Source: Alphaproteobacteria bacterium (GTDB lineage Bacteria > Pseudomonadota > Alphaproteobacteria > UBA7887). From it: 64,000 nt of DNA. The notes under the pieces are model-generated. The model had not been told where the DNA came from. It ran no database searches and saw only the letters and a program-made list of their open reading frames with translations. The stretch's first letter is position 1. The number at the start of each line of letters is the position of its first letter. The stretch is from contig CBDCGL010000011.1 in NCBI GenBank assembly GCA_965216755.1, positions 2,336,001-2,400,000 of the forward strand, read 5' to 3'. Of the stretch, positions 38,877 to 50,120 are shown one piece after another. The translations under genes and the position numbers were made by a program.

Positions 38877-40883
38877 CTATAATTTCGCGCTTACGGCCGC
38901 ACTGACGGCATCCGCCGTCAAACCGAAATGGGCGTAAACATCCTTGTACGGGCCGGACACGCCAAATCCGTCAATACCAAAGAACAGGCCGTCCGCGCCG
39001 ATCCAGCGATCCCAGCCCAATCGGGCCGCGGCTTCGATGCCGACGCGCAACGTACCAACACCGAGGACTTTGCAGCGTTCCGCGGCTGGCCGTTGGGCAA
39101 ATAGCTCCCAGCACGGCATGGACACGACTCGTGCGGCGACACCACTATTTTGCAGTAAACGTTGAACCTCAACCGCCAGTGATACTTCCGATCCCGTGGC
39201 AAGTAGGCTGACTTGCGCGCTGCCCGACGCCGCCGCGATTTCATAGGCGCCGGCAGTGCAGCGGTTGCCATCGCCGCCATCGCGGCGAACCGCCGGCACG
39301 GTTTGGCGCGTCAGCGCGATCACCGTCGGACCGTCGCGGCGACGCAAGGCGATATCCCAGCATTCGGCGGTCTCGACCGCATCCGCTGGTCGCAAGACAA
39401 GCATATTCGGGATTGCGCGCAAGCTCGCCAGATGCTCGGCCGGTTGATGGGTCGGACCATCTTCGCCAAGCCCGATCGAATCGTGGGTCATCACGTAAAT
39501 GACTCGCTGGCCCATCAATGCCGACAATCGCATCGCCGGTCGCGCATAGTCACTGAACACCAGGAAGGTGCCGCCATAGGGGATAAAGCCCTTGTGTAAG
39601 GCAATACCGTTCATAGCCGCCGCCATGGCATGCTCGCGCACGCCGTAATAGATGTAGCGGCCGGTGAAATCGTCGGCCGAAACCGGCACCATGGCGTCGG
39701 TTTTGGTATTGTTCGAGCCGGTCAGATCGGCAGAGCCGCCGACCGTCATATTGAGCACGCTATTGACGTGGCCGAGCACATGCTGCGAGGCCTTGCGGGT
39801 CGCCATCGCCGGCGCCTTCGCCGTCAGCGTACGAACAAAATCCGCCAAATCGGCGGACCATGTTGGCGGCAGCGCGCCGGTTAGCGCGGTTTCAAACGCG
39901 TCACGCGTTTTCGCGGGTGCCGCCGCTTTGCGCGCCTCCCATGCGCGGCGCGCGCTGCCACCCCGCGCGCCGATTGCGCGCCAGCTGTCCAAAATGGCCG
40001 GCGGAATCTCGAACGGCGGTAAATTCCAGCCAAGCGCTTGGCGGGTGCCGGCAACCTCTTCCGCGCCAAGCGGAGCCCCGTGGGTCGCGGCAGAGCCGGC
40101 CTTGGTCGGCGCGCCAAAACCGATTGTGGTGTGGCAGGCGATCAACGACGGACGCGGATCGCGCTGGGCCGCACCAATTGCGGCCGCGATAGCATCAGGA
40201 TCGTGGCCGTCCGCCGACAGCACATGCCAACCTAGGGATTCGAAACGCATCAGTTGGTCGTCGGACACGGTCAGTGACGTTGGACCATCGATGGAAATGC
40301 CGTTGTCGTCGAACAGCACGATCAGTCGGTCGAGCTTTAGGTGCCCCGCCAGCGATGCGGCTTCGTGGCTGATGCCTTCCATCAGACAACCGTCACCCAC
40401 CAAAACGTAGGTATGATGGTCGACCAAGTCGGCCCCGAACCGCGCCGCCATCATCCGTTCCGCCAATGCCATGCCGACGGCGGTTGCCAAACCTTGCCCC
40501 AGCGGCCCAGTGGTTGTCTCAATTCCACCGACATGGCCGAATTCGGGATGCCCGGCGGTGACACTGCCGAGCTTGCGAAAATCGCGCAACGCCTGCAAAT
40601 CGACGCCCGAATAACCAGTCAAATAGAGCAATGCGTATAGCAGCATCGACCCATGACCGGCCGACAGCACAAATCGATCACGATCGGGCCACGTCGGATC
40701 CGCAGCATCGAATTTCAGAAAACGCGTTGCGAGTACAGTGGCGACGTCGGCCATACCCATTGGCATGCCGGGATGGCCTGATTGGGCCGCTTCCACGGCG
40801 TCCATTGCCAAAACCCGAATGGTGTTGGCCAACTCGCGGTGAGATAAGTCACCGTGACCTGGCCCAGGATCTATCGCTTGCAT
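38877..40883 (-). CDS. tkt: Transketolase
   Basis: [32 protein letters not shown]. Confidence 0.98.
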   Translation of the reverse strand: MQAIDPGPGHGDLSHRELANTIRVLAMDAVEAAQSGHPGMPMGMADVATVLATRFLKFDAADPTWPDRDRFVLSAGHGSMLLYALLYLTGYSGVDLQALRDFRKLGSVTAGHPEFGHVGGIETTTGPLGQGLATAVGMALAERMMAARFGADLVDHHTYVLVGDGCLMEGISHEAASLAGHLKLDRLIVLFDDNGISIDGPTSLTVSDDQLMRFESLGWHVLSADGHDPDAIAAAIGAAQRDPRPSLIACHTTIGFGAPTKAGSAATHGAPLGAEEVAGTRQALGWNLPPFEIPPAILDSWRAIGARGGSARRAWEARKAAAPAKTRDAFETALTGALPPTWSADLADFVRTLTAKAPAMATRKASQHVLGHVNSVLNMTVGGSADLTGSNNTKTDAMVPVSADDFTGRYIYYGVREHAMAAAMNGIALHKGFIPYGGTFLVFSDYARPAMRLSALMGQRVIYVMTHDSIGLGEDGPTHQPAEHLASLRAIPNMLVLRPADAVETAECWDIALRRRDGPTVIALTRQTVPAVRRDGGDGNRCTAGAYEIAAASGSAQVSLLATGSEVSLAVEVQRLLQNSGVAARVVSMPCWELFAQRPAAERCKVLGVGTLRVGIEAAARLGWDRWIGADGLFFGIDGFGVSGPYKDVYAHFGLTADAVSAAVSAKL

Positions 40884-41222
40884 CGAAGGTTACAACGTAA
40901 TCGCGGGCGTTTTCTGGTTTATGAGCGGTGCAACATGAACGCCCTTGTCGCCGCCGTCAACAAGGGCGTCCCCGCCGCCCCGACCGACGATGGCGGCGGC
41001 CAAACCATGCCGATCGTCGCATCGGCTTCTGGTAGCGCCGCCAAGTCTTGGCATCGCCGATCGACCGCGCATGTGCAGCCCGGTTGACGTCTTTATGTAG
41101 CGGGATTTATTTTTCGAAATTCGAGTACTCTGTGAACGCGAAAGACGTATAACCATTGAACCAACCGCGCTCGCGTGTATGACACGGCCGTGGGATACGG
41201 ACCGGCCGGAATCGGGGTTGTC

Positions 41223-41510
41223 TTGGAGTCATTGGATAGCGCACATATTCGACTAGAGCAGGCATTGGACCGCCTAGAAGCCGCCGCTGAACGCGCCATC
41301 TTCTCCGCCGGGCAGGCGCAACGGGCGGCGGACGCAACGACCGAGGCAATTGGCGAAGAGTTGGCGCAATTGCGCGAAGACCGCGATCGGCTGAACAACA
41401 CGCTGTTGAGCACCAAGAAGAAGTATGACGATATCCGCGCCGTTTCGGAATCGCTTGCGGGCCGGCTGGAACGGGTGATCGGTCGGCTCAGGACGCTTCT
41501 CGAAGCATGA
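41223..41510 (+). CDS. DUF4164/ZauP-like coiled-coil protein (start uncertain)
   Basis: Short coiled coil (RLEQALDRLE...LAGRLERVIGRLRTLLE) directly upstream of zapA. Confidence 0.75.
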   Translation: MESLDSAHIRLEQALDRLEAAAERAIFSAGQAQRAADATTEAIGEELAQLREDRDRLNNTLLSTKKKYDDIRAVSESLAGRLERVIGRLRTLLEA

Positions 41511-41569
41511 CAAACAGAACATCGAAGCATAGGCGATGACGGCGCCGCGTCTGGAATTGGTGACGTGAA

Positions 41570-41944
41570 ATGGGTCAGGTAACGGTTCAGATCAACGGTC
41601 GCGGCTATCCGATCTCGTGCGAGGATGGTCAAGAGGATCATCTGTCACGCTTGGCAAGCTATCTGAACGTGCGAGTCGAAGACCTGGCGAAGCGCGTCGG
41701 CCAAATCGGCGATGCACATTTGATGGTGATCGCCAGCCTGATGGTTGCCGATGAGCTTTCCGACGCTTACGACCAGATCGAATCACTGCAACAGCAGGAT
41801 CAAAGCGGCGGCGCGAATGACGGCACCGAAGCCGCGAACGCGGCCGCCGCCGCCGCCGCCGACCAAGAAGCCCGAATCGCCTCGGTTTTGAGCGCTATCG
41901 CCGATCGGGTCGAGCATATTGCTTCTCGGCTGGAGAGTGCCTAG
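41570..41944 (+). CDS. zapA: Cell division protein ZapA
   Basis: MGQVTVQINGRGYPISCEDGQEDHL, IASLMVADEL. Confidence 0.93.
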   Translation: MGQVTVQINGRGYPISCEDGQEDHLSRLASYLNVRVEDLAKRVGQIGDAHLMVIASLMVADELSDAYDQIESLQQQDQSGGANDGTEAANAAAAAAADQEARIASVLSAIADRVEHIASRLESA

Positions 41945-41954
41945 CTTAGACATT

Positions 41955-42114
41955 GGGCGGGCACTGCGGGTCGCGTTAGGCAGCATTAATCTCTGGGCCA
42001 ATACCGTCCACTCGGGAGCTGTTCCTGCCGGCGGTGTGCCGCCGGTACACGGCGCCCACCTGTACATACAGGTCTCAGTGGATTAACCCGCCGACGGTCA
42101 CCGTGGTCCCACCC
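41955..42114 (+). ncRNA. ssrS: 6S RNA
   Basis: Canonical zapA-ssrS-5-FCL position; 5' GGGCGGGCACTGCGG pairs with 3' CCGTGGTCCCACCC; internal GGGAGCTGTTCCTG and GGCGCCCACCT are typical of alphaproteobacterial 6S. Ends approximate. Confidence 0.85.
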
Positions 42115-42175
42115 GACGGATAGACAACGTGGTCCCACCCGACGGATAGACAACGTAGTCCCACCCGACGGCAGA
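42102..42175 (+). repeat. 26-bp tandem repeat (~2.8 copies) starting inside the 6S RNA 3' end
   Basis: CGTGGTCCCACCCGACGGATAGACAA at 42102-42127 and 42128-42153 (identical); diverged partial CGTAGTCCCACCCGACGGCAGA at 42154-42175. Confidence 0.95.
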
Positions 42176-42235
42176 TGAACGGGCGCGCACCTGGCGCCAA
42201 CAGGACCGATACAAGTAAGCGAGACCATCGCCACC

Positions 42236-42814
42236 ATGTCGTCGGAAAAACACGCCTTGCGTGCACGATATAGATCGCTCAGAGCAAATCGCCACGATCG
42301 CGGCAGCGACGACGACGGGCGTCGGCTCGCCGAGCAGGTTTTGGCGCACGTGGCGTTGGCGCCGGGCGCGGCGATTGCCGGCTACTGGCCAATCCAATCC
42401 GAGATCGATGTTGTGCCGCTGCTCGTCACTTTGCACGAGCGCGGCCATCACATCGCCCTGCCGACAATTGCCAAAAAGAACGAACCATTGATCTTTCGCG
42501 CCTGGACACCGGGTGACGCATTGGCCACGGCAAGCTTCGGCACGCGTGAACCACACGCTGACAAAGCTCCAATTGTTCCCGATATTATGATCATCCCCGG
42601 CCTCGCGTTCGATCGCAGTCGCTATCGCTTAGGTTATGGTGGCGGATATTATGACCGCACCCTGGCTGCCCTGGCGCCACGTCGCGTCTTGGCGCTTGGG
42701 GTTGGGTATCACGAACAGATTGTTGAGACGTTGCCGCGCGAACCTCACGACCAACCCTTGGACATGGTCATCACGGAATCCGGCCCGGCGGCGCCGGTTG
42801 GTCGCCGGTCATGA
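42236..42814 (+). CDS. ygfA: 5-formyltetrahydrofolate cyclo-ligase
   Basis: YWPIQSEID, PGLAFD, RLGYGGGYYDRTL, EPHD. Confidence 0.95.
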   Translation: MSSEKHALRARYRSLRANRHDRGSDDDGRRLAEQVLAHVALAPGAAIAGYWPIQSEIDVVPLLVTLHERGHHIALPTIAKKNEPLIFRAWTPGDALATASFGTREPHADKAPIVPDIMIIPGLAFDRSRYRLGYGGGYYDRTLAALAPRRVLALGVGYHEQIVETLPREPHDQPLDMVITESGPAAPVGRRS

Positions 42815-43629
42815 GAGTTTTGATGTGCGGCGATGTGGTCGGTCGTTCGGGCCGCCATGTTCTGTACGACGAGCTGCCGCGTCTCCGCCGTGAATGGGCG
42901 CTCGATTTTGTTGTCGTCAATGGTGAGAACGCCGCCGGCGGTTTTGGCATCACCGCGGCCTTGTGCGGCGAATTCTACGAGGCCGGCGTCGACGTGATCA
43001 CCACCGGCAACCACGTCTGGGACCAGCGCGAGATTATTCCGTATATCGGCCGTGACACGCGCTTGCTGCGGCCGCAAAACTACCCATCTACCGCACCCGG
43101 GACAGGCACATGTGTCGCCACGACCCAGCGCGACCAACGGGTGCTGGTGATCAACGTCATGGGCCGTTTGTTCATGGAGCCGCTCGACGACCCGTTTGCC
43201 GCGCTTGATGCCGCGCTCGACGGCCACGAGCTGGGTACCACGGTGGATGCCATCATCGTCGACGTGCACGGCGAGGCGACCAGCGAAAAACAGGCGATTG
43301 GACACTATCTAGACGGTCGGGTGTCGTTGGTCGCGGGCACACACACCCATGCGCCAACCGCCGATACCTGTGTGTTGGACGGCGGTACGGGCTTTCAAAC
43401 CGACATCGGCATGTGCGGTGACTATAACTCGGTGATCGGCAGCGATCGGACGCTGTGGATTACACGCATGCGCTCAAAAATGCCGGTGGGGCGGATCCCG
43501 CCATCAGAAGGACCGGGCACATTGTCCGGCCTGTTTGCCGAGCTGCTGCCGCGCACCGGCTTGCCGAAACGGGTGGCACCTGTGATTGTCGGCGCACGGC
43601 TCGCCCAGCGACATCCGGATGCGATCTAG
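42811..43629 (+). CDS. ymdB: YmdB/TIGR00282 metallophosphoesterase
   Basis: GDVVG, NGENAAGG, TGNHVWD, HGEATSEK, GTHTH, TDIGMCG. Confidence 0.93.
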   Translation: MRVLMCGDVVGRSGRHVLYDELPRLRREWALDFVVVNGENAAGGFGITAALCGEFYEAGVDVITTGNHVWDQREIIPYIGRDTRLLRPQNYPSTAPGTGTCVATTQRDQRVLVINVMGRLFMEPLDDPFAALDAALDGHELGTTVDAIIVDVHGEATSEKQAIGHYLDGRVSLVAGTHTHAPTADTCVLDGGTGFQTDIGMCGDYNSVIGSDRTLWITRMRSKMPVGRIPPSEGPGTLSGLFAELLPRTGLPKRVAPVIVGARLAQRHPDAI

Positions 43630-43642
43630 GGGAGGACGCAAC

Positions 43643-45361
43643 GTGCAGCACGAGGTTGTCATTCGTAATGCCACCGTGGTCGATGGCACGGGCGCGCCGG
43701 CCCGGCGTGCCGATGTCGCGGTCGACGGTGGGCAATTCACCGCGATCATGGCCGATGCCGGTCTCGGTCGGCGCGAAATCGATGCCGAGGGCTTGCTGCT
43801 GACGCCGGGCTGGGTCGACATTCACACCCATTATGACGCCCAAGCCTTATGGGACCCCGATCTGACGCCGTCGTCATGGCACGGCGTCACAACGGCGGTC
43901 TTCGGTAATTGCGGGGTCGGGTTCGCGCCCGTGCGACCCGGGGCCGCGCGCGATCTGATCAACTTGATGGAAGGTGTCGAGGACATTCCGGAATCTGTCC
44001 TCAGCGCCGGCTTGTCGTTCGATTGGGAGAGTTTCCCGGACTACATGGACGCACTGGACGCCGCGCACAAGATCATGGATATCGGTGCCCAGGTGCCACA
44101 TGCGGCGCTCCGGGTCTACGCGATGGGCGCGCGCGGCATGGACCATGCCGAAACGCCGCGGGACGAAGAAATCGCCACGATGGGACAATTGCTGCGCGAG
44201 GCTTTGTGCGCCGGCGCGCTTGGTTTCACGACGTCGCGTACCAAGAAACATCGTGCCCATGACGGCCGACCAACGCCCAGTCTGAGTGCCGGGGACGCGG
44301 AATTGGCCGGTTTGGCGGACGGCATGAAAGCCGCGGGACGCGGCGTGATCGAGGTGAATTCAGATTTTGGCGCGGGAGAGTTTGCGCGCATGCGCGCCAT
44401 GGCGGAACGCGCCGGGCGGCCTTTGTCGGTCCTTCTGGTGCAAGTCGATAACGCGCCAAATCTGTGGCGCCAGACCTTGGCCGGGGTCGCCGAAGCCCAC
44501 GCCGCCGGTCTGGACGCGACCGCCCAAGTCGGCAGTCGGGCGATCGGCGTGATGATGGGTTTCGAGACCACGATCCACCCGTTCGTGACCCATCCGGCCT
44601 GGACGGATCTGAAGGATTTGTCGCCGGCGGATCGCTACGCGCGCCTGATCAATGACCCGGATTTGCGTCACACGCTGGTCCACAAGCGTCCTAATGACCA
44701 TCACACGACTTGGATGACGACCGCGCTAGAACGCACGTTCGCGTTGACCGACCCGCTCGACTATGAGCCGGATCCGGCGACCAGTGTCGCGGCGCGGGCC
44801 CGCGCCATGGGCCGCGACCCGTTTGATCTGTCGCTGGAGCTGCTGATGGTCGACGAAGGCCGCGCTTTGTTGCAACATCCGTTTGAAAACTACAACGCCG
44901 GTGATCTGGGCGTTGTCCATGCCATGCTGACCGACCCCAACAGTGTCGCCGGCGTCGCCGATGCGGGTGCCCATGTCGGCGTCTTGTGCGATGCCGGATC
45001 GCCCACCAGTTTGCTGACCCATTGGGTACGCGATCGCCGTCGGGGCCCACGCCTACCGTTGGAATTCGCGGTCAAGAAACAAACCTTCGACACGGCGCGG
45101 GTCTATGGCCTGCACGATCGCGGGCGGATCGCGCCCGGTTACCGCGCTGATTTCAATTTGATCGACTTCGATGGACTGCGGTTGCGCAAACCGCAAATGG
45201 TCTATGACTTACCGGCCGGTGGACGCCGCTTAATTCAGCGCGCCGACGGCTATCGCCATACCTTCGTCGCCGGCCGCGAAGTTATGCGCGATGGCGCGGC
45301 CACGGGCGAGCGGCCCGGCCAACTGATTCGCGGCGAAACAGCACCACCCAAGTTGCAATAA
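43643..45361 (+). CDS. N-acyl-D-amino-acid deacylase family amidohydrolase
   Basis: DIHTHYDAQ, GNCGVGFAP, DAGAH, GRRLIQRADGY; GTG start with GGAGG RBS. Confidence 0.88.
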   Translation: MQHEVVIRNATVVDGTGAPARRADVAVDGGQFTAIMADAGLGRREIDAEGLLLTPGWVDIHTHYDAQALWDPDLTPSSWHGVTTAVFGNCGVGFAPVRPGAARDLINLMEGVEDIPESVLSAGLSFDWESFPDYMDALDAAHKIMDIGAQVPHAALRVYAMGARGMDHAETPRDEEIATMGQLLREALCAGALGFTTSRTKKHRAHDGRPTPSLSAGDAELAGLADGMKAAGRGVIEVNSDFGAGEFARMRAMAERAGRPLSVLLVQVDNAPNLWRQTLAGVAEAHAAGLDATAQVGSRAIGVMMGFETTIHPFVTHPAWTDLKDLSPADRYARLINDPDLRHTLVHKRPNDHHTTWMTTALERTFALTDPLDYEPDPATSVAARARAMGRDPFDLSLELLMVDEGRALLQHPFENYNAGDLGVVHAMLTDPNSVAGVADAGAHVGVLCDAGSPTSLLTHWVRDRRRGPRLPLEFAVKKQTFDTARVYGLHDRGRIAPGYRADFNLIDFDGLRLRKPQMVYDLPAGGRRLIQRADGYRHTFVAGREVMRDGAATGERPGQLIRGETAPPKLQ

Positions 45362-45506
45362 CGCCACAGTCAAAAAATCGCCACAAAGTCACGTTATGTG
45401 ACACTCGGCGAGGCCGCGAAACACCGCTATACAGATGCGGCTCCGGGGCGAGACCTGTTCTTATTTGCGCCGACTCCCAACACAAATTGCAGGTGATAGG
45501 TGCGGC

Positions 45507-46256
45507 ATGGCCGGCCATTCTCAATTCAAGAACATTATGTACCGGAAAGGCGCGCAAGACGCGAAGCGCGCCAAAATGTTCGCCAAACTTGGCCGAGAGC
45601 TGACGGTCGCGGCGCGCAGCGGGACGCCCGATCCGGCCATGAATCCCCGGCTGCGGACAGCGATCGCCGCAGCTCGTTCGGCCAACATGCCCAAGGATAA
45701 TATTGAGCGGGCAATCAAAAAAGGCGCCGGCGGCGAGGCCGACGCCAATTACGACGAAATTCGTTATGAAGGCTATGGCGTCGGCGGCGTGGCGGTTATC
45801 GTCGAGGCCCTAACAGACAATCGCAATCGCACCGCCGCGGAGGTTCGAGCCGCGTTTACCAAACATGGCGGCAATCTTGGAGAAACCGGCAGCGTCTCAT
45901 TTTCATTTCAGCGCGTCGGTGTCGTCCACCTTTCGAAGGATCGCGCCAGCGACGACGATGTCTTTGAGGCCGCCCTGGAAATCGGCGCGGACAATGTCGA
46001 ATCCGGCGACGACGGCCACCACATCAGCTGTCCGGCCGCAGCGTTTAACGATGTCCGTGAAGCGCTGGAGGCGCGCTTTGGCGCGCCCGAAAGTGCCGCG
46101 CTCGACTGGCTGCCGCAAAACACCGTGCCGATCGACGAGGATCAAGCGCGCACCCTGATGAAGATGATCGATACGCTGGAAGACAACGACGACGTGCAAA
46201 CCGTGTCGGCAAACTATGAGATCTCCGACGACATACTGGAAAAACTGAGTGCATGA
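45507..46256 (+). CDS. yebC: YebC/PmpR family protein
   Basis: [33 protein letters not shown]. Confidence 0.96.
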   Translation: MAGHSQFKNIMYRKGAQDAKRAKMFAKLGRELTVAARSGTPDPAMNPRLRTAIAAARSANMPKDNIERAIKKGAGGEADANYDEIRYEGYGVGGVAVIVEALTDNRNRTAAEVRAAFTKHGGNLGETGSVSFSFQRVGVVHLSKDRASDDDVFEAALEIGADNVESGDDGHHISCPAAAFNDVREALEARFGAPESAALDWLPQNTVPIDEDQARTLMKMIDTLEDNDDVQTVSANYEISDDILEKLSA

Positions 46257-46275
46257 TTGACCGAACGACCGACGT

Positions 46276-46794
46276 ATGAGATTGCTCGGCCTTGATCCTG
46301 GCCTCAGACAAACCGGCTGGGGCATTGTCGACCATGACGGGTTCCGACTGCGCTACGTCGCCTGCGGCACGGTGCGGCCAAATCCTCAAACGCCGATCGC
46401 GACGCGTTTGGCTGATTTGTACGAAGCCCTGGCGGATGTCATTTCTAACTGGCAACCTCAATCGGCCGCGGTCGAGGAAACATTCGTCAACAAGAACGCG
46501 TCGTCGACGTTGAAACTGGGCTTGGCACGGGGGGTAGTCTTGCTGGTACCAGCGCTATCCGGATTGGATGTGGTCGAATACCACAACCGGTCCGTCAAAC
46601 GCACCGTGGTTGGGACCGGCCGCGCGGCCAAGGAACAGATCGCGATGATGGTGCGCAAACTATTGCCGGGCTGCGATCCGGACAGCGATGACGCGGCGGA
46701 CGCCTTGGCGGTGGCCATTTGCCATGCGCATCATCAAGGGGCACGTGCGGCGATCGCCCAGGGCACGCGCAATGCCGCCACCGTGGCGTCATGA
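46276..46794 (+). CDS. ruvC: Holliday junction resolvase
   Basis: LGLDPGL, VEETF, GTGRAAKEQ, DAADALAVAICH. Confidence 0.96.
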   Translation: MRLLGLDPGLRQTGWGIVDHDGFRLRYVACGTVRPNPQTPIATRLADLYEALADVISNWQPQSAAVEETFVNKNASSTLKLGLARGVVLLVPALSGLDVVEYHNRSVKRTVVGTGRAAKEQIAMMVRKLLPGCDPDSDDAADALAVAICHAHHQGARAAIAQGTRNAATVAS

Positions 46795-47387
46795 TCGCCA
46801 AACTGGCGGGCCGGCTGGATTCGTACGGCGAGGATTACGCCGTGATCGACGTTGGCGGCGTTGGCTATTTGGTATCATGCTCAACGCGTACCTTGCGCGG
46901 TTTGCCGGATATCGGCGACGCGGTGGCCGTGTTAACCGAGACGCACATGCGCGAAGACCATATCCAGCTGTTTGGCTTTCGCGACAGCGAAGAGCGCCGC
47001 TGGTTTCGCTTGCTACAGAATGTGCAGGGCGTTGGCGCCCGTATGGCACTGAGCATCTTGTCGGTATTTGAACCTGACGCATTGGCGGCTGCGATTGTGG
47101 CCCAAGATCAAGCGGCCTTGGTTCGGGCGAATGGTGTCGGCCCGAAGCTTGCCCGGCGCATACTTGGTGAACTTAAGGACAAAGTCGCGACGCCGGTGAC
47201 TGAGATGTCGGCGTCGCCGTCAGTCGACGCTGGCGGCATGTCCGAAGAAGCGATTTCGGCCCTGATCAATCTCGGTTATGGGCGCAGTGAAGCGTTTACG
47301 GCGGTCAATGCGGCCGCCCGCGGTTTGGGGCCCTCGGTCGGGGTCACCGATCTGATCCGGGCCGGGCTTAAGGAATTGGCCCCGTGA
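46791..47387 (+). CDS. ruvA: Holliday junction branch migration protein
   Basis: MIAKLAG, DVGGVGY, QGVGAR, GVGPKLA, ALINLGY. Confidence 0.96.
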   Translation: MIAKLAGRLDSYGEDYAVIDVGGVGYLVSCSTRTLRGLPDIGDAVAVLTETHMREDHIQLFGFRDSEERRWFRLLQNVQGVGARMALSILSVFEPDALAAAIVAQDQAALVRANGVGPKLARRILGELKDKVATPVTEMSASPSVDAGGMSEEAISALINLGYGRSEAFTAVNAAARGLGPSVGVTDLIRAGLKELAP

Positions 47388-48493
47388 CCATTGCCACGCC
47401 TGACGCGGCCGACGCGTCCGCGCGCTTGGTGACCGGCGACGCCCGCGCCGAGGACATCGGCGAAGCCAGCGTGCGGCCGCTGAGCTTGGACGCCTTCGTC
47501 GGGCAAAACCAGGTGCGCGACAATTTGCGCGTCTTCATCCGTGCCGCGCGACAGCGCGCCGACGCCCTGGACCATGTCTTATTTTTCGGCCCGCCCGGCC
47601 TCGGCAAGACCACGCTGGCACAGATTGTCGCGCGTGAAATGGGGGTCGGGTTTCGTGCCACGTCCGGGCCGGTGATCGCCCGCCCCGGTGATCTTGCCGC
47701 GCTGCTGACCAATCTTGAAGCCCGCGATGTCTTGTTTATTGACGAGATCCATCGGCTAAATCCACAAGTCGAGGAGATCCTCTATCCGGCCATGGAGGAT
47801 TTTCAGCTTGATTTGATTATTGGCGAGGGTCCAGCCGCCCGTTCGGTGCGCTTGGACCTGATGCCGTTTACTCTGGTCGGTGCAACCACGCGCTCGGGTT
47901 TGATCGGTACGCCTTTGCGCGACCGTTTCGGGATCCCGGCGCGGCTCAACTTTTACAATAACGACGAATTGGAGGCGATCGTCACACGCGCCGGTCGCGT
48001 TCTCGGTATTGGCCTAACTGCCGACGGCGCCCAGGAAATCGCCCGCCGTGCCAGGGGCACACCACGCGTGGCGGTGCGTTTGTTGCGGCGCGTGCGCGAT
48101 TTCGCCGCGGTCGCCGGCAAAGACCTGGTTGACGTACGTGTCGCGGATAACGCGCTCGGTCGGCTCGATGTCGACCATCGCGGATTAGATGCCATGGACC
48201 GGCGCTATCTCAATTGCATCGCCACCCACTATGGCGGTGGTCCGGTCGGCGTCGAGACGCTGGCGGCCGCGTTGTCTGAGGAACGCGATGCCATCGAAGA
48301 TGTGATCGAACCATATCTACTGCAGCAGGGCCTGCTCCAGCGCAGCGCGCGCGGGCGCCTTCTAACCCAGGCCGCGTACGACCACATTAATCTCGACTTC
48401 CCCAACAACCAGGCGGCTCGATCGACGTCGGCCCAAATCGCCGATCCCGTGTCGCCGGAACTGTTCGGCGCGGACACAGCGCCCGATGGCTAG
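47384..48493 (+). CDS. ruvB: Holliday junction helicase
   Basis: [27 protein letters not shown]. Confidence 0.97.
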   Translation: MTIATPDAADASARLVTGDARAEDIGEASVRPLSLDAFVGQNQVRDNLRVFIRAARQRADALDHVLFFGPPGLGKTTLAQIVAREMGVGFRATSGPVIARPGDLAALLTNLEARDVLFIDEIHRLNPQVEEILYPAMEDFQLDLIIGEGPAARSVRLDLMPFTLVGATTRSGLIGTPLRDRFGIPARLNFYNNDELEAIVTRAGRVLGIGLTADGAQEIARRARGTPRVAVRLLRRVRDFAAVAGKDLVDVRVADNALGRLDVDHRGLDAMDRRYLNCIATHYGGGPVGVETLAAALSEERDAIEDVIEPYLLQQGLLQRSARGRLLTQAAYDHINLDFPNNQAARSTSAQIADPVSPELFGADTAPDG

Positions 48494-48932
48494 GAGGCGC
48501 CGCGATGATGACCGTGACGCACATATTCTGCCGGTGCGGGTCTACTACGAAGATACAGACGCCGCCGGATTCGTTTATCATGCCAATTATCTACGTTTCG
48601 CCGAGCGCGCGCGAACCGAGATGTTGCGTGCGGTCGGCATCGACCAGGGCAAATTGCGCGTCGGCGCGGGTGTGACGTTTGTGGTCAAGTCCTGCCATAT
48701 CGACTATGTGGCGCCGGCCCGGCTTGACGATGTGTTGCATGTCCACAGTGTCATTGCCGGAATCAGCGGCGCGCGCATCCATGCGGGCCAGACTGTGACG
48801 CGCGACGACGAGACCCTGGCACATCTGTCGCTCCAGATTGCTTGCGTGCGGGCCGACGGGCGCCCGACGCGGTTACCATCCAGCGTACGAACTGCGCTGA
48901 GTCAATATCATCACGCAGGGGGCAAAGCGTAG
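48486..48932 (+). CDS. ybgC: Tol-Pal-associated acyl-CoA thioesterase
   Basis: [24 protein letters not shown]. Confidence 0.95.
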   Translation: MARRRRDDDRDAHILPVRVYYEDTDAAGFVYHANYLRFAERARTEMLRAVGIDQGKLRVGAGVTFVVKSCHIDYVAPARLDDVLHVHSVIAGISGARIHAGQTVTRDDETLAHLSLQIACVRADGRPTRLPSSVRTALSQYHHAGGKA

Positions 48933-48935
48933 TCT

Positions 48936-49667
48936 ATGGAAACGGTGGACATGGTCAGCGCCCAAGGTCTCGGCATGGCAACCGACATGTCGATCATTGG
49001 GCTCGTGAGCCAAGCCGACATCATTGTCAAAATCGTGCTTGTGGTCTTGATTTTGGCGTCAATTTGGTGTTGGGCAATTATTATCGACAAAACCAGGCGA
49101 TTTCGCCGTTTGCGCGAACAAGCCGACCGTTTTGAGGAAGCGTTCTGGTCCGGCGGCCCGCTTGAGGAGCTCTATGAGCGGGTTGGCGGCGCGCCCGATC
49201 ATCCCTTGGCGATGCTGTTCGCGGTCGCCATGCGCGAATGGACGCTCTCGACCCAGCGCGCACGCAGCGCGGAAGACCAATTTCAAAGCAGTACGCTGCA
49301 AGCGCGTATCGAACGCGTTATGTCGGTGGCGTTGACCCGCGAAATGGAGGGCTTGGAAAAACATATGGGTTTCCTTGCCACGGTCGGCTCAACAGCGCCG
49401 TTTATCGGGTTGTTTGGCACCGTGTGGGGAATCATGAACAGTTTTCAGTCGATCGCCCTGACAAAGAATACTTCCCTGGCCGTGGTCGCTCCGGGCATCG
49501 CCGAGGCGCTGTTGGCGACTGCACTTGGGCTAATCGCGGCAATTCCGGCTGTTGTCGCTTACAATAAGCTGAGTAATGACCTGGGCCGCTATGCCGGCCG
49601 CCTGGAAACTTTCGCCGGCGAGTTTATTGCGTTGCTGTCCCGACAGTTATCCGGTGGTCGGTCATGA
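48936..49667 (+). CDS. tolQ: TolQ
   Basis: APFIGLFGTVWGIM, VAPGIAEAL, AIPAV. Confidence 0.96.
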   Translation: METVDMVSAQGLGMATDMSIIGLVSQADIIVKIVLVVLILASIWCWAIIIDKTRRFRRLREQADRFEEAFWSGGPLEELYERVGGAPDHPLAMLFAVAMREWTLSTQRARSAEDQFQSSTLQARIERVMSVALTREMEGLEKHMGFLATVGSTAPFIGLFGTVWGIMNSFQSIALTKNTSLAVVAPGIAEALLATALGLIAAIPAVVAYNKLSNDLGRYAGRLETFAGEFIALLSRQLSGGRS

Positions 49668-50116
49668 TGAATACATCAAACGGCAGGTTTGGACAGGCCA
49701 AGCGCGCGCCACGATATCGGCCTATGGCCGAGATCAACGTAACACCGTTCGTCGATGTGATGTTGGTGCTGCTGGTTGTGTTCATGGTCACGGCCCCGCT
49801 GCTGACCGTCGGCGTACAGGTTGACCTTCCCGAGTCGAGTGCCGACATCATACCGGGCAACGATGAACCATTGACCGTAACGATCAACAGTGAGGGTGCA
49901 ATTTTTCTTCAAGAGAACCAAATACCGCTCGACGAATTGGTGCCCAAATTGGTTGCGATTACCGGGCAGAACCCGGAAACGCGGATTTTCGTCCGTGGCG
50001 ACAAGTCGGTCCCCTATGGGATGGTCATGGAAGTGATGGGCACGGTCAACGCAGCTGGTTTCACCAAGGTCGCCCTGATCACCGAAATGCCTTTGGAGCC
50101 GCGTCCGGCGGGGTAG
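49664..50116 (+). CDS. tolR: TolR
   Basis: EINVTPFVDVMLVLL, RGDK. Confidence 0.96.
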   Translation: MMNTSNGRFGQAKRAPRYRPMAEINVTPFVDVMLVLLVVFMVTAPLLTVGVQVDLPESSADIIPGNDEPLTVTINSEGAIFLQENQIPLDELVPKLVAITGQNPETRIFVRGDKSVPYGMVMEVMGTVNAAGFTKVALITEMPLEPRPAG

Positions 50117-50120
50117 CAAA

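Noticed and set aside
42102-42175. Possible CRISPR array
   Set aside because: Repeats are head-to-tail with no unique spacers, and no cas genes are present.
45456-46277. LexA boxes upstream of yebC or ruvC
   Set aside because: Only half-matches to GTTC-N7-GTTC or GAAC-N7-GAAC (GTTC-TTATTTG-CGCC; GAAC-GACCGAC-GTAT).
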